From Patescibacteria group bacterium (GTDB taxonomy: Bacteria; Patescibacteriota; Minisyncoccia; Phycocordibacterales; UBA1550): 64,000 nucleotides of DNA. A program made the position numbers and the translations under genes. The DNA lies in assembly GCA_038062675.1 (NCBI GenBank), contig JBBTWP010000003.1, positions 129,378-193,377 of the forward strand. The letters are read 5' to 3'. Under the pieces are notes generated by a model. It ran no database searches, had not been told where the DNA came from, and saw nothing but the letters and a program-made list of their open reading frames with translations. Positions 36,403 to 45,647 of the stretch are shown one piece after another (the first letter of the stretch is position 1; every line of letters starts with the position of its first letter).

Positions 36403-38019
36403 ATGAAAACTTCAATCGAACAATTAGATAGTTGGCTACAAAATCAAGAGGGTTTGAATCTTGAGTTTAAAAAAGCAGAAAATAGTTTTAGCAATACTGA
36501 GCTTTTTAATTACTGCAGTGCGTTGTCTAATATGGGCGGTGGAAAGTTAATTTTCGGCATTGAGCCCAAAGAACACAAAGTTGTAGGGACTAACCTGTAT
36601 TGTGGTACTTTCAATATTATCCCGAATCAGATTTTTCAAAAGCTCGGTGTCCGTGTTGACATAGAAGAAATAGAGCACCCTGATGGCAGAGTTTTAATTT
36701 TTCACATACTGGATCATTACATCGGGAAGCCAATAAAATCAAATGGAACCTACTGGATGCGGTCAGGGGAATCGCTTACGCCTATGGACGAACAAACTCT
36801 TAGGAATAAACTTAATCAACATGAGCAAGATTTTTCGGCTTCAGTTGCCACTGGAGTCACTTTTTCTGATTTAGACAACGAGGCAATTTCTGTTTTGCGA
36901 AATATTCTCATAAAAAATAACAAGAAGACACTCACTGACCTAAGTGATACGAAATTGCTTACGGCCCTTGAGCTGACGACAGAGAAGGGTGTGACTTTTG
37001 CAGGGCTTATTTTACTCTGTAAGAAAGAAAAGATTGATGAATTGCTTCCTTGCTCAGAAATTATTTTTGAATGGCGACAGGAGGAAAAAATCAGTCATGA
37101 TTTTCGCAAAGAATGGAGGGAATCATTTTTGAAAATATACGATGACATATGGAAAACAATTAGCGATAGGAATAGTCGCATTCCAATTCAAGAAGGGTTA
37201 ATACAAAGCGAGATCCTTGCGTTCAATGAAAAAGCCATAAGAGAGGCACTTTTAAATGCAGTCACCCATAGAGACTATTCTGTCCAATCGCAATCCGTGT
37301 TCATTAAAGCAGATTCTAAAAATTTAATAGTGATTAGTCCGGGCGGGTTTCTTCCTGGCATAACACCAGACAATGTAATAGATAAACAAGCATGGAGAAA
37401 TCGCAGACTTGCGGAAGTCTTTCAAAAATTAGGGCTTGTTGAACGGGCAGGTCAGGGGATGAACCAAATTTTTGAAACCACTATTCGTGAAGGGAAAGGA
37501 CTCCCTGATTTGTCAAAATCAGATGACTTCCAAGTTGTGTTAGATATGCCAGCGAGAGTAAAAGATAAAGACTTCATCTTGTTTTTGGAAAAAATTTCTC
37601 ACGAAAGACAGACAATTTTTTCTTTTGAAGAAATATACGAACTAGAATTATTGAGAGAGAATAAGGTTGTTAATAATCTAAAAAATAAGAATAAGTTTTT
37701 AGAATTAGGTATTATTGAGAAAATTAACAAAACTAGTGGTACAAAATATATTTTATCTCACAAATATTATAGGTATGAAAATAAGCCAGGTGTTTATACG
37801 AGAATAAAAGGGTTAACGAGAGAACATAAGAAAGAATTGATTTTGAAACATATAGAAAGAGAAGGTAGTGGAAAGAAAAAAGATTTTAGGGATGCATTCC
37901 CAGACTTGAAAGTAAGTGATATTTCTAATTTTCTTCAAGAATTAAAAGACGAAGGAAAGATTCAACGAAAAGGTTCAGATAGGGCAGGATATTGGGTGCT
38001 TGGAGATAGTCCGAATTAG
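36403..38019 (+). CDS. AlbA_2 (Schlafen-like) N-terminal domain plus HATPase_c_4 C-terminal domain protein (the so-called RecG-like putative transcriptional regulator), located between mod and res.
   Basis: LEFKKAENSF…NMGGGKLIFGIEP (AlbA_2). ALLNAVTHRDYS…NRRLAEVF…ERAGQGMNQI (HATPase_c_4). Confidence 0.65.
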   Translation: MKTSIEQLDSWLQNQEGLNLEFKKAENSFSNTELFNYCSALSNMGGGKLIFGIEPKEHKVVGTNLYCGTFNIIPNQIFQKLGVRVDIEEIEHPDGRVLIFHILDHYIGKPIKSNGTYWMRSGESLTPMDEQTLRNKLNQHEQDFSASVATGVTFSDLDNEAISVLRNILIKNNKKTLTDLSDTKLLTALELTTEKGVTFAGLILLCKKEKIDELLPCSEIIFEWRQEEKISHDFRKEWRESFLKIYDDIWKTISDRNSRIPIQEGLIQSEILAFNEKAIREALLNAVTHRDYSVQSQSVFIKADSKNLIVISPGGFLPGITPDNVIDKQAWRNRRLAEVFQKLGLVERAGQGMNQIFETTIREGKGLPDLSKSDDFQVVLDMPARVKDKDFILFLEKISHERQTIFSFEEIYELELLRENKVVNNLKNKNKFLELGIIEKINKTSGTKYILSHKYYRYENKPGVYTRIKGLTREHKKELILKHIEREGSGKKKDFRDAFPDLKVSDISNFLQELKDEGKIQRKGSDRAGYWVLGDSPN

Positions 38020-38102
38020 TAGATTCCGAATGTATTTAGTAGAAAAAATGACAAAAAATGACAAAAAATAAGGGTGTGAATAAGTAGTAAATCAAATAGT
38101 TT

Positions 38103-40805
38103 ATGGCCCTACACAAAAATTTCCCAAAAGACCCATACGCGATTTTAGACCCCGAGATTAGGTGGTTTCCTGCTGACGAGGATTTGCGCGAGAAGGGTTT
38201 TGATAAGCTTATTCCACCGCTTGTGGCTGATTTGCGCAAGAAAGTGAAGGAGTGGCGGGATATGCAGTACGAGGGCGCAAGCGACACATCGAAAGCGCTC
38301 CTGAACTGGTGGTTTAAAGAAGAGCATGTTATATACAATGCAGATGGATCGTCGTTTAACTTTCGTTACTATTTTGCACAAAGGGAAGCACTGGAGACGG
38401 CGGTGTGGCTCTATGAGGTGGCGAAAGTGAAGGATAAGCATGATCTCATCCGCTACAATTCTACCGGCGTTCTGAGTGCGCAGATGTTCCCCGAGGAGTG
38501 GCTTCGCTTGGTGATTAAAATGGCGACAGGTGCCGGCAAGACAAAGGTGATGAGCCTTGTGGTTGCGTGGGCGTATTTTCATAAAAAATACGAGGCAGAT
38601 TCGAATCTCGCAAAGAATTTTCTTTTGATAACGCCGAATGTTATTGTTTTTGAAAGAATTAAAAATGATTTTGAAGGTTTGAAGATATTTTTTAGCGACC
38701 CTGTTTTACCTGACAATGGTTATCAAGGGCAAAACTGGCAGGATGATTTTCAGGTCACGCTTCACTTACAGGATGACTTGCGAAATGTTTCTGACACAGG
38801 TAACATATTTTTGACGAACATTCACAGAGTATTTGAGAGTGATGTTCGTGTTGCAAGTCCTGACGACGAAGACACAACAGAGTATTACCTTGGGAATAAA
38901 CCTGTAGCAAAAACGAATGATTCAACGGTTGATTTGGGGATGATTGTGCGTGATATTGATGAGCTCATTATTATTAATGACGAGGCACATCATGTAAGAC
39001 CAAAGACGGCTTGGTATAAATCAATCGAGGATATACATAACAAATTGAAAGCAAAGGGCTCAAAGCTCTCTCTCCATATAGACGTGACCGCTACCCCAAA
39101 AGATGACGATGGTTCTATGTTTGTTCAAGTTGTATCAGACTATCCTTTGGTAGAAGCAATTCATCAAAATATAGTAAAAATACCGGTGATGCCCGACGAG
39201 GCGAGCCGTGCAAAACTGAAAGAAAATCAAAGTATAAAATTTAGTGAAAAATACAGGGACTACATCAATCTTGGCGTAGAAGAATGGCGTAAAACCTATG
39301 AAGAATTAAAGCAGATGAATAAAAAATCGATTCTTTTTATTATGACCGACGACACAAAGAATTGTGATGAAGTGTCAGAATACATTCAGGCAAGTTTCGT
39401 GGACTTAAAAGGTGCGGTTCTGACCATTCATACTAACAAGAGCGGGGATATTTCCGAAAGCGTGACGGGGAAGAATAAAGAAGAGCTGGATAAACTGAGG
39501 AAGCAGGCGAACGAAATAGACAGCATGGAAAGTCCGTTCAAAGTGATTATTTCTGTGATGATGCTCAAGGAGGGTTGGGATGTTAAGAATGTTACGACTA
39601 TTGTCGGGCTGAAGCCTTTTACTGCTGAAAATAAAATTTTACCAGAGCAAGCATTAGGAAGAGGTTTAAGGAGGATGTTTTTTGGAAAAGATGCTGAAGA
39701 AAAAGTAAGTGTTATTGGAACACAGGCTTTTATGGATTTCGTGGCGTCGATTAAGAGCGAGGGGGTTGTTCTTGAGAAAAGGGCAATGGGGGAGGGGACA
39801 AAGCCGATCGCACCAATGGTTATTGAGGTAGACAAAGAAAACCCAAAGAAAGATATCGAGAGGTTGGATATTGAGGTTCCTGTGATGTCCCCGAGAATTC
39901 AAAGAGAGTACAAAAACTTAGGAGTACTCGATGTTGCCACTTTTGGAAATGTGAAAGTTCTGGTAAAAACTTTTTCTGAGGAAGAAAAAAGGCAGATCGT
40001 GTTTAAGGAAGTTATCAGTGAAAAAATAAGTCATACGGTTGATTTGACTGGAGAAATTTCCTCTGACTACCAAAGAGTGGTCGGCTTCTTTGCTCAAGCG
40101 ATAATGAGAGAGCTAAGAATGTTTAGTGGTTACGATATTTTGTTTGGCAAGGTTAAGGAATTTATCGAAAAACAGATGTTTGAACAGATGGTAGATATAT
40201 CAGACCTCAATATCTTGGCAAATTTGTCCGAGGTGGAATATGCAAGACTCATTAAGGATTCTTTCAAAAAGGCTATCAATGATCTCACTATAGAGGACAG
40301 TGGTGATACGGAGATTAAAAATTATATTAAAATTAGCGATGCACGCCCATTTGTGGTGAATGATAAATCGTATTTGATATCAAAAAAATCTGTTTTCAAT
40401 AGAATTGTTGGTGACAGTAACTTTGAATTGGAATTTGCTGATTTCCTCGAGGGTTGCGAGGATGTAATTTCGTACGCGAAAAACTTTCAGAACAAAGAAG
40501 CAAGTGCTCTACGGGTTGAGTATAAAAACTCTGAGGGAATGATAGCTAATTATTACCCAGATTTTTTTGTTAAGAAAGATGACAAGACGGTATATATTGT
40601 TGAAACAAAAGGGAGAGAGGAAGCTGACGACAAATTGAAGTTTGAAAGGTTGCAAAAATGGTGTGTGGATGTGAACAACAGACAAACCAAAGTAGTATAT
40701 AAAGCTCTCTACCTAAAACAGGAGGAATGGAACAAGGATAAACTTAGGAATTTTGATGAGGTTGTGAGGGTATTTGGTTCGACCAGTCACAAGAATGGTC
40801 AATAG
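38103..40805 (+). CDS. res: Type III restriction enzyme Res subunit (SF2 helicase plus C-terminal PD-(D/E)xK nuclease).
   Basis: Walker A MATGAGKTKV. DEAH box INDEAHHV. C-terminal YYPDFFVKKDDKTVYIVETKGRE. Confidence 0.8.
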   Translation: MALHKNFPKDPYAILDPEIRWFPADEDLREKGFDKLIPPLVADLRKKVKEWRDMQYEGASDTSKALLNWWFKEEHVIYNADGSSFNFRYYFAQREALETAVWLYEVAKVKDKHDLIRYNSTGVLSAQMFPEEWLRLVIKMATGAGKTKVMSLVVAWAYFHKKYEADSNLAKNFLLITPNVIVFERIKNDFEGLKIFFSDPVLPDNGYQGQNWQDDFQVTLHLQDDLRNVSDTGNIFLTNIHRVFESDVRVASPDDEDTTEYYLGNKPVAKTNDSTVDLGMIVRDIDELIIINDEAHHVRPKTAWYKSIEDIHNKLKAKGSKLSLHIDVTATPKDDDGSMFVQVVSDYPLVEAIHQNIVKIPVMPDEASRAKLKENQSIKFSEKYRDYINLGVEEWRKTYEELKQMNKKSILFIMTDDTKNCDEVSEYIQASFVDLKGAVLTIHTNKSGDISESVTGKNKEELDKLRKQANEIDSMESPFKVIISVMMLKEGWDVKNVTTIVGLKPFTAENKILPEQALGRGLRRMFFGKDAEEKVSVIGTQAFMDFVASIKSEGVVLEKRAMGEGTKPIAPMVIEVDKENPKKDIERLDIEVPVMSPRIQREYKNLGVLDVATFGNVKVLVKTFSEEEKRQIVFKEVISEKISHTVDLTGEISSDYQRVVGFFAQAIMRELRMFSGYDILFGKVKEFIEKQMFEQMVDISDLNILANLSEVEYARLIKDSFKKAINDLTIEDSGDTEIKNYIKISDARPFVVNDKSYLISKKSVFNRIVGDSNFELEFADFLEGCEDVISYAKNFQNKEASALRVEYKNSEGMIANYYPDFFVKKDDKTVYIVETKGREEADDKLKFERLQKWCVDVNNRQTKVVYKALYLKQEEWNKDKLRNFDEVVRVFGSTSHKNGQ

Positions 40806-40816
40806 TCTTTGCGTGA

Positions 40817-41152
40817 CTATTTCTTCGCGAGTATTTCTCTTGACACTGCACCTTGACCTGGTCCCACGACACTGTTTTCCTCGAGAGTGTCCACGAGGCG
40901 GGCTGCGCGGGCGTAACCGATTTTTAGCTTTCGTTGCAGGAATGAAACCGAAGCTTTTTGCGAAGCAATAACAATTTTCTTTGCCTCTGCATATAGTGTT
41001 TCGTCGTCCATGGTGTTTTCTTGCGAAGCACCGTCAAGTTTCGACATAATCTCAGTGTATTGAGCGTTTGTGCGAGTGTTGAGTAACTCAATTTTTTTAG
41101 ATAGCTCAACAACTTCCTTTTCGAGAGTCTTAATTTTTTCTTGGTTAGGCAT
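40817..41152 (-). CDS. Stand-alone FtsK gamma (KOPS-binding winged-helix) domain protein with an N-terminal coiled coil. Immediately downstream of pilB.
   Basis: LYAEAKKIVIASQKASVSFLQRKLKIGYARAARLVDTLEENSVVGP closely matches the FtsK gamma domain (…[31 protein letters not shown]). Confidence 0.65.
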   Translation of the reverse strand: MPNQEKIKTLEKEVVELSKKIELLNTRTNAQYTEIMSKLDGASQENTMDDETLYAEAKKIVIASQKASVSFLQRKLKIGYARAARLVDTLEENSVVGPGQGAVSREILAKK

Positions 41153-41168
41153 ATTATAGTTTTAAATT

Positions 41169-42854
41169 TTATCCCTCCTTTTCCAAATCCACGACGCGCT
41201 CAACTTCATCAAACGAGGTCGAACCGGCGAGGATTTTCTCGATACCGTCTTCACGCATCGTGAGGAGACCTTGTTTTTCGGCGATGGCGCGGATTTCGCG
41301 CTCGCTCGGAATGCCGTCGAGAAGTGCTTCGATTTCGGCATTCATAATCACGGCTTCAAAAATACCCACACGCCCTTTGTAGCCAGTGTTGTTGCAAATG
41401 GGGCACCCAACAGCGCGCCAGACTTTTTCTGTTTGCACGACGGTGCCTGTTTTTGCGGTGATTCTCGCAGAGAGATCGGCAATAATCTTTTTCTCGCGCT
41501 CGTTAGGGACATCTTCTTTTTTGCAGGCGACACAAAGCTTGCGCGCAAGACGTTGTGCAAGGGCGACGGTAAGCGCCGACCCGATAATCTTTGGTGTAAC
41601 ACCAATATCAATCAAGCGGGGGATGGCGCCGGCGGCGGTGTTGGTGTGGAGTGTGGAAAACACCATGTGTCCCGTGAGTGCGGCATTGATGGCTATTTTT
41701 GCCGTTTCGCCATCGCGGATTTCGCCGACCATGATCACGTCGGGGTCTTGGCGGAGGGCAGCGCGGAGACCATCTAAAAAGGTGTAGCCCTTTTCTGCTT
41801 CGATTTGTGTTTGGGAGACGCCCTTCAAGTGATATTCAATTGGATCCTCAATCGTCATCATCTTTATTTCCGGCGAGTAAATTTTCTTCATGAACGAATA
41901 CAGCGTCGTTGTTTTTCCTGAGCCAGTAGGGCCGGTATTCAAAATCATGCCGTGTGGTTTTGCGATTTCCTTTTCCATGACGGCAAGTAAGCGCGGGCTC
42001 ATCCCCAAGTCTTCCAGTGTGACGTTCAAAGATTGCGGATTCAAAAGGCGCATAACCACGCCTTCTCCATAGGCACTCGGAATGACCGACACGCGGATTT
42101 CGATTTCTAGATCGGAAACTTTAATACTGAAACGCCCATCTTGGCTTTCGGAGCCGAGGTTGAGTTTCATGCCAGCGATGAGTTTCAGGCGCGAGCTGAA
42201 CAGGCGGTATATCGTATGAGGGAGTGTCGCCACTTCGTGGAGGACGCCATCGATACGATAGCGGATACGAATGATGTCCGCTTCGGGTTCAATGTGAATG
42301 TCTGAGGCGTGAATGCCGATAGCGCCCGCAAGAATAACGGTAAAAATTTTTGAAATGTAGCGCGCATCTTTTGAGTCAACCGTGGTCTTGAGAACCTCTT
42401 CTACGTTGGCAAGTGTTTTAAAACGCGCCACCAAAATCTCGATTCCTTCGCCAGAAATGTCGAGCACTCCCGCTTCTGACTTTGTGGCACCGGAAATTTC
42501 TTTGTATCGCTCCCATGCTTTTTCTAGACTGACATGCGAGGCGAGATAGGGCTCGATTTGGTATCCGCGCTCTACAAGCCCTGCCAGCACTTCTTTGGTG
42601 TGCTCGCCAGTGGGGGAGAAGAGTGCCACTTTAAGTTTTTTATTTGAAAGTTCAAATGGTCCGACAAGGGCAGCACGCGCGTCAGCCTCTTTTATGATGC
42701 CGACCGCACTGATGTCGATGGGGATGCCGTTTAGGTCGATGTACGGAATCTTGTATTTGCTCGACATTGCTTGAAGGAAATCCTCCTCTTCTTTCTTGCG
42801 AAGGTCGTTCAGTTTCTCGTCGCCGGCAATGTCTTTGAAATTAAGCATAATCAA
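41169..42854 (-). CDS. pilB: Type IV pilus assembly ATPase PilB / GspE family.
   Basis: Walker A LNTGPTGSGKTTTL. The Asp box, His box and CxxC tetracysteine motif are present. Confidence 0.9.
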   Translation of the reverse strand: MIMLNFKDIAGDEKLNDLRKKEEEDFLQAMSSKYKIPYIDLNGIPIDISAVGIIKEADARAALVGPFELSNKKLKVALFSPTGEHTKEVLAGLVERGYQIEPYLASHVSLEKAWERYKEISGATKSEAGVLDISGEGIEILVARFKTLANVEEVLKTTVDSKDARYISKIFTVILAGAIGIHASDIHIEPEADIIRIRYRIDGVLHEVATLPHTIYRLFSSRLKLIAGMKLNLGSESQDGRFSIKVSDLEIEIRVSVIPSAYGEGVVMRLLNPQSLNVTLEDLGMSPRLLAVMEKEIAKPHGMILNTGPTGSGKTTTLYSFMKKIYSPEIKMMTIEDPIEYHLKGVSQTQIEAEKGYTFLDGLRAALRQDPDVIMVGEIRDGETAKIAINAALTGHMVFSTLHTNTAAGAIPRLIDIGVTPKIIGSALTVALAQRLARKLCVACKKEDVPNEREKKIIADLSARITAKTGTVVQTEKVWRAVGCPICNNTGYKGRVGIFEAVIMNAEIEALLDGIPSEREIRAIAEKQGLLTMREDGIEKILAGSTSFDEVERVVDLEKEG

Positions 42855-42975
42855 TGAAATAAGTTTCTTTTATTGTAAGGGTTTTTGGCTTTTATTACCA
42901 CTTGACAAAATCTGTTAATTTGATATAATATAAATAGAGTTCATTTTACACACAATAACCTTAAGGAGTCGGGCA

Positions 42976-43374
42976 ATGAATACGAAGCAAACTCTAGTAA
43001 TCCTTGCAATTTCTGTTGTCATGTTGGCAACAGGGTGTGCAACCAGCCAGAAAGCTCCCGATACGAAAGAACAATACGTGTGTCGGGTAAATTGCAAAGA
43101 ACAAAAGCAACAGCCGGTTCAAAAGTACTTTAGTATCGAAGAACGGATGGCGGCAGAACAAGGCGTTCTCGATCGGCAGGCGGAGGCAACCAAACGCCTC
43201 AAGTTGCACCATTACTGCAAAGCATACGCAAATGGGCAACATAGTATCTATGTTGCATGCGTAGAGAGGAGTGTCGGCAGGGGGTATTTTCAAGCCCAAG
43301 GATTTCCTTGGCAAGAAAATCGCCCGCGAAACAGGTGTCCTGAACTTTTTGATAGCCGAGGTCCTTGTTGGTGA
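42976..43374 (+). CDS. Small lipoprotein.
   Basis: Lipobox LATGC. RBS AAGGAG. Confidence 0.5.
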   Translation: MNTKQTLVILAISVVMLATGCATSQKAPDTKEQYVCRVNCKEQKQQPVQKYFSIEERMAAEQGVLDRQAEATKRLKLHHYCKAYANGQHSIYVACVERSVGRGYFQAQGFPWQENRPRNRCPELFDSRGPCW

Positions 43375-43398
43375 CGAGGGGGTTGCGAGGCAACCCAC

Positions 43399-43466
43399 AA
43401 TGACGGTCTTCCTTAGGGACGACCGTCATTTTTTATATAAAAAAAGGGGTTCCCCACGGAACCCCT
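43399..43466. terminator. Pair of back-to-back intrinsic terminators, one for each convergent gene.
   Basis: aatgacggtc…gaccgtcattttt serves the + strand. aaaaaaaggggttcc-ccac-ggaacccc serves the - strand. Confidence 0.7.
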
Positions 43467-43486
43467 CAAACAACTCCCAAGACAAA

Positions 43487-44677
43487 CTAATACAGCGTAT
43501 TCAAATCCTCAACATACCAATTTCCCCATTGATACGTATCAGGATCAAAAAATATACTCATACGCGCAAGTGGATTTTGCGTGTCGATTGCATGCCACAT
43601 TGTCACCGTACGTTCATTGGTAAGAGTAAACTCCATACTGTGAAGATCATATCCCGAGCTCCACCCCGGATATGTTTCGGGACCATAGTACGTCTCGGTT
43701 TTCACTGAAACAAAACGCGGATCCTTGCTTGCCACCCGAATCATATCTGCCTTCGCGCGGTCAGCCTGATTGTCTGCAGTGTTGAGAGGACGAAGGATAT
43801 TCAAGGTAACACCATTCAGTAATGGCATCAACGCATACGTGTTGGTGTTGAAAAAGAAAAGCTGATTTACAGGAGAATATCCCCAACCACTTACTCCGTA
43901 GTATTGCCAAATCTGACCTTGTATCCACCCCAAATCAATTGCAAACTGAAGAGATACGCGGACTCCTTGATATTCCACATACGCTGTAGACGAAGGCGCG
44001 TTTCCTGACATTTGAAATACTATCCATTGCCACGCATTTCCCGGATATGTCACCACATCAGTTCGGTCGGCGACAAACAAGGAAGGAGAGGGGTATTTGA
44101 GTGCCGTAGTAACAGCAAGAGGTGCACGAACATAGCCAGCTCCGCCCGCAGTAATATCGGTATTCATTTCCCAATGCAAGTGAGCATTAGTAGAGTTTCC
44201 TGTCCTGCCAATCGTTGCAACAAGTTGACCTTTTATTACAGTGCCATCCTTCACAATTCCCTTCGCTATGCTATTCAGATGAAAGTAGATACTTTTTATC
44301 TGTTTAGCATCGGGAAGGTTGTAAACAATATGCAACGATATTCCTCCATCCCCAGTGTTTGTAGGATTTATAAATGACACAACCCCGTCAGCAACAGCAT
44401 AGAGAGGATCACCAAGATCGCTATCGCCGCCGCATACACCATTCCAATCTTCGCCAGGGTGATATGAAGTAGGTTTATCCTTAAAACCACCGTAATTAAA
44501 GTGAGTCTGGTCTTTTTTATAACCAATGTCTGGTACACCATCTCCCCCAACACAGTCCCCCCAGCTTTTATCTGCTTGAAACGGCAACTGAAATCCCGCC
44601 GTATTCACCGTTGCTGCATTTGCAGTGGCACATATCACCAACAAACACACTCCCAGAACCACATTTCTTACGTCCAT
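43487..44677 (-). CDS. Secreted M23 (LytM-type) metallopeptidase with a C-terminal accessory domain.
   Basis: Signal peptide. HxxxD-like YHPGEDWNG and the TNAHLHWE motifs of M23. Confidence 0.7.
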   Translation of the reverse strand: MDVRNVVLGVCLLVICATANAATVNTAGFQLPFQADKSWGDCVGGDGVPDIGYKKDQTHFNYGGFKDKPTSYHPGEDWNGVCGGDSDLGDPLYAVADGVVSFINPTNTGDGGISLHIVYNLPDAKQIKSIYFHLNSIAKGIVKDGTVIKGQLVATIGRTGNSTNAHLHWEMNTDITAGGAGYVRAPLAVTTALKYPSPSLFVADRTDVVTYPGNAWQWIVFQMSGNAPSSTAYVEYQGVRVSLQFAIDLGWIQGQIWQYYGVSGWGYSPVNQLFFFNTNTYALMPLLNGVTLNILRPLNTADNQADRAKADMIRVASKDPRFVSVKTETYYGPETYPGWSSGYDLHSMEFTLTNERTVTMWHAIDTQNPLARMSIFFDPDTYQWGNWYVEDLNTLY

Positions 44678-44775
44678 TAGTCATACCTCTTTTGAGTTTA
44701 AAAGAACATATCAGTTGTTTCCAACTGCCCGAGGGGAGTATAGCACAAGTATGTTTTTTTTTGCAAGAAAAATTT

Positions 44776-44820
44776 CGATTCTGCAGAATCGTGTCGCAAA
44801 AGATCCTTTGGGCACGACCC
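44776..44820 (-). promoter_or_regulatory. Copy 3 of the conserved bipartite element, same orientation relative to its gene. The palindrome CGATTCTGCAGAATCG is perfect here. It lies immediately upstream of TTGCAA-18-TATACT.
   Basis: See 419-461. A PstI-site-centred 16-bp perfect palindrome. Confidence 0.55.
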
Positions 44821-44825
44821 CCCCC

Positions 44826-45506
44826 TTATTGCTTCAAAGATTTAAACGAGAGGAGGATTTTTTCCAACACTGGCAAGTTCTTCCGGAGCTCTGGAAATCC
44901 CTGAAAATATTTTGAGAAATAAATCTCAAAAGTTACATTGCCTCCATCAAGAATATGGATTTCAATTTCATTCCAATCTCCTTTATCATTTTTGCTGTCA
45001 AGGATGACTCCCTGCAAATTGCTTAGTTGAATCATTTTTTTTACTTGAAGATGCCCATTTTCTAAAAGAATTGCTTTACGTTTCACAAAAGGTTCTGAGA
45101 AAACAGAGAGGTTAAACCACATGTCAGTATCAACCCCCCCCCTTAATTGTGATTTGGGCAAAGTGTACACACCTCCAAGGGACCCGCTACGACCAGCAAA
45201 TCTCATTTCGCTCCAATCGCTCGGATATGTCAATTCAAACCCAAATGGGTAATAGTTATTTTTGAATTGATACACTTGCATACCGTCTGAGCCAATTGTG
45301 TTCACAGAAGTTATTTTTTCCGAAACATCAGATGGTGGAAATTTAGATGGCACTGAAGGTGTGTGCGGAGGAAGATTCGATGTCCCCACATCCGTTTTCG
45401 GAACCAAAACAGGTGCCTTTTTTGTGTAGTTGCTCACACCAAAAAGCACGCCGATGAGAGTGACCGCAACCGCAAAAAGAATCACTTTGTATTTTGTATT
45501 TATCAT
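44826..45506 (-). CDS. Membrane-anchored hypothetical protein.
   Basis: N-terminal TM KVILFAVAVTLIGVLFGV. No recognisable domain. Confidence 0.4.
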   Translation of the reverse strand: MINTKYKVILFAVAVTLIGVLFGVSNYTKKAPVLVPKTDVGTSNLPPHTPSVPSKFPPSDVSEKITSVNTIGSDGMQVYQFKNNYYPFGFELTYPSDWSEMRFAGRSGSLGGVYTLPKSQLRGGVDTDMWFNLSVFSEPFVKRKAILLENGHLQVKKMIQLSNLQGVILDSKNDKGDWNEIEIHILDGGNVTFEIYFSKYFQGFPELRKNLPVLEKILLSFKSLKQ

Positions 45507-45612
45507 AATACTTACATCGTAGCACAAATAAGGGTTTTTGAAGGAATTGTGTTGTTCTCGCCTCTCACCTTTTTAAAACCAACAGTAGAACGCGGATTAT
45601 TAGGGGGGGTAT

Positions 45613-45641
45613 TGACATTTTATATAAAAGTAGTATAATGG
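45613..45641 (+). promoter_or_regulatory. Consensus sigma70-type promoter TTGACA-17-TATAAT for the 45648 gene.
   Basis: ttgacattttatataaaagtagtataat. Confidence 0.55.
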
Positions 45642-45647
45642 AAACTT

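Noticed and set aside
38036-38070. Short tandem repeat aaaaatgac x2 between the AlbA_2 gene and res.
   Set aside because: Too short to be meaningful. Probably chance or a promoter spacer.
44611-44915. Two overlapping plus-strand ORFs (97 and 96 aa).
   Set aside because: They run across copy 3 of the palindromic element and the M23 promoter. They arise from reading through a non-coding regulatory region.
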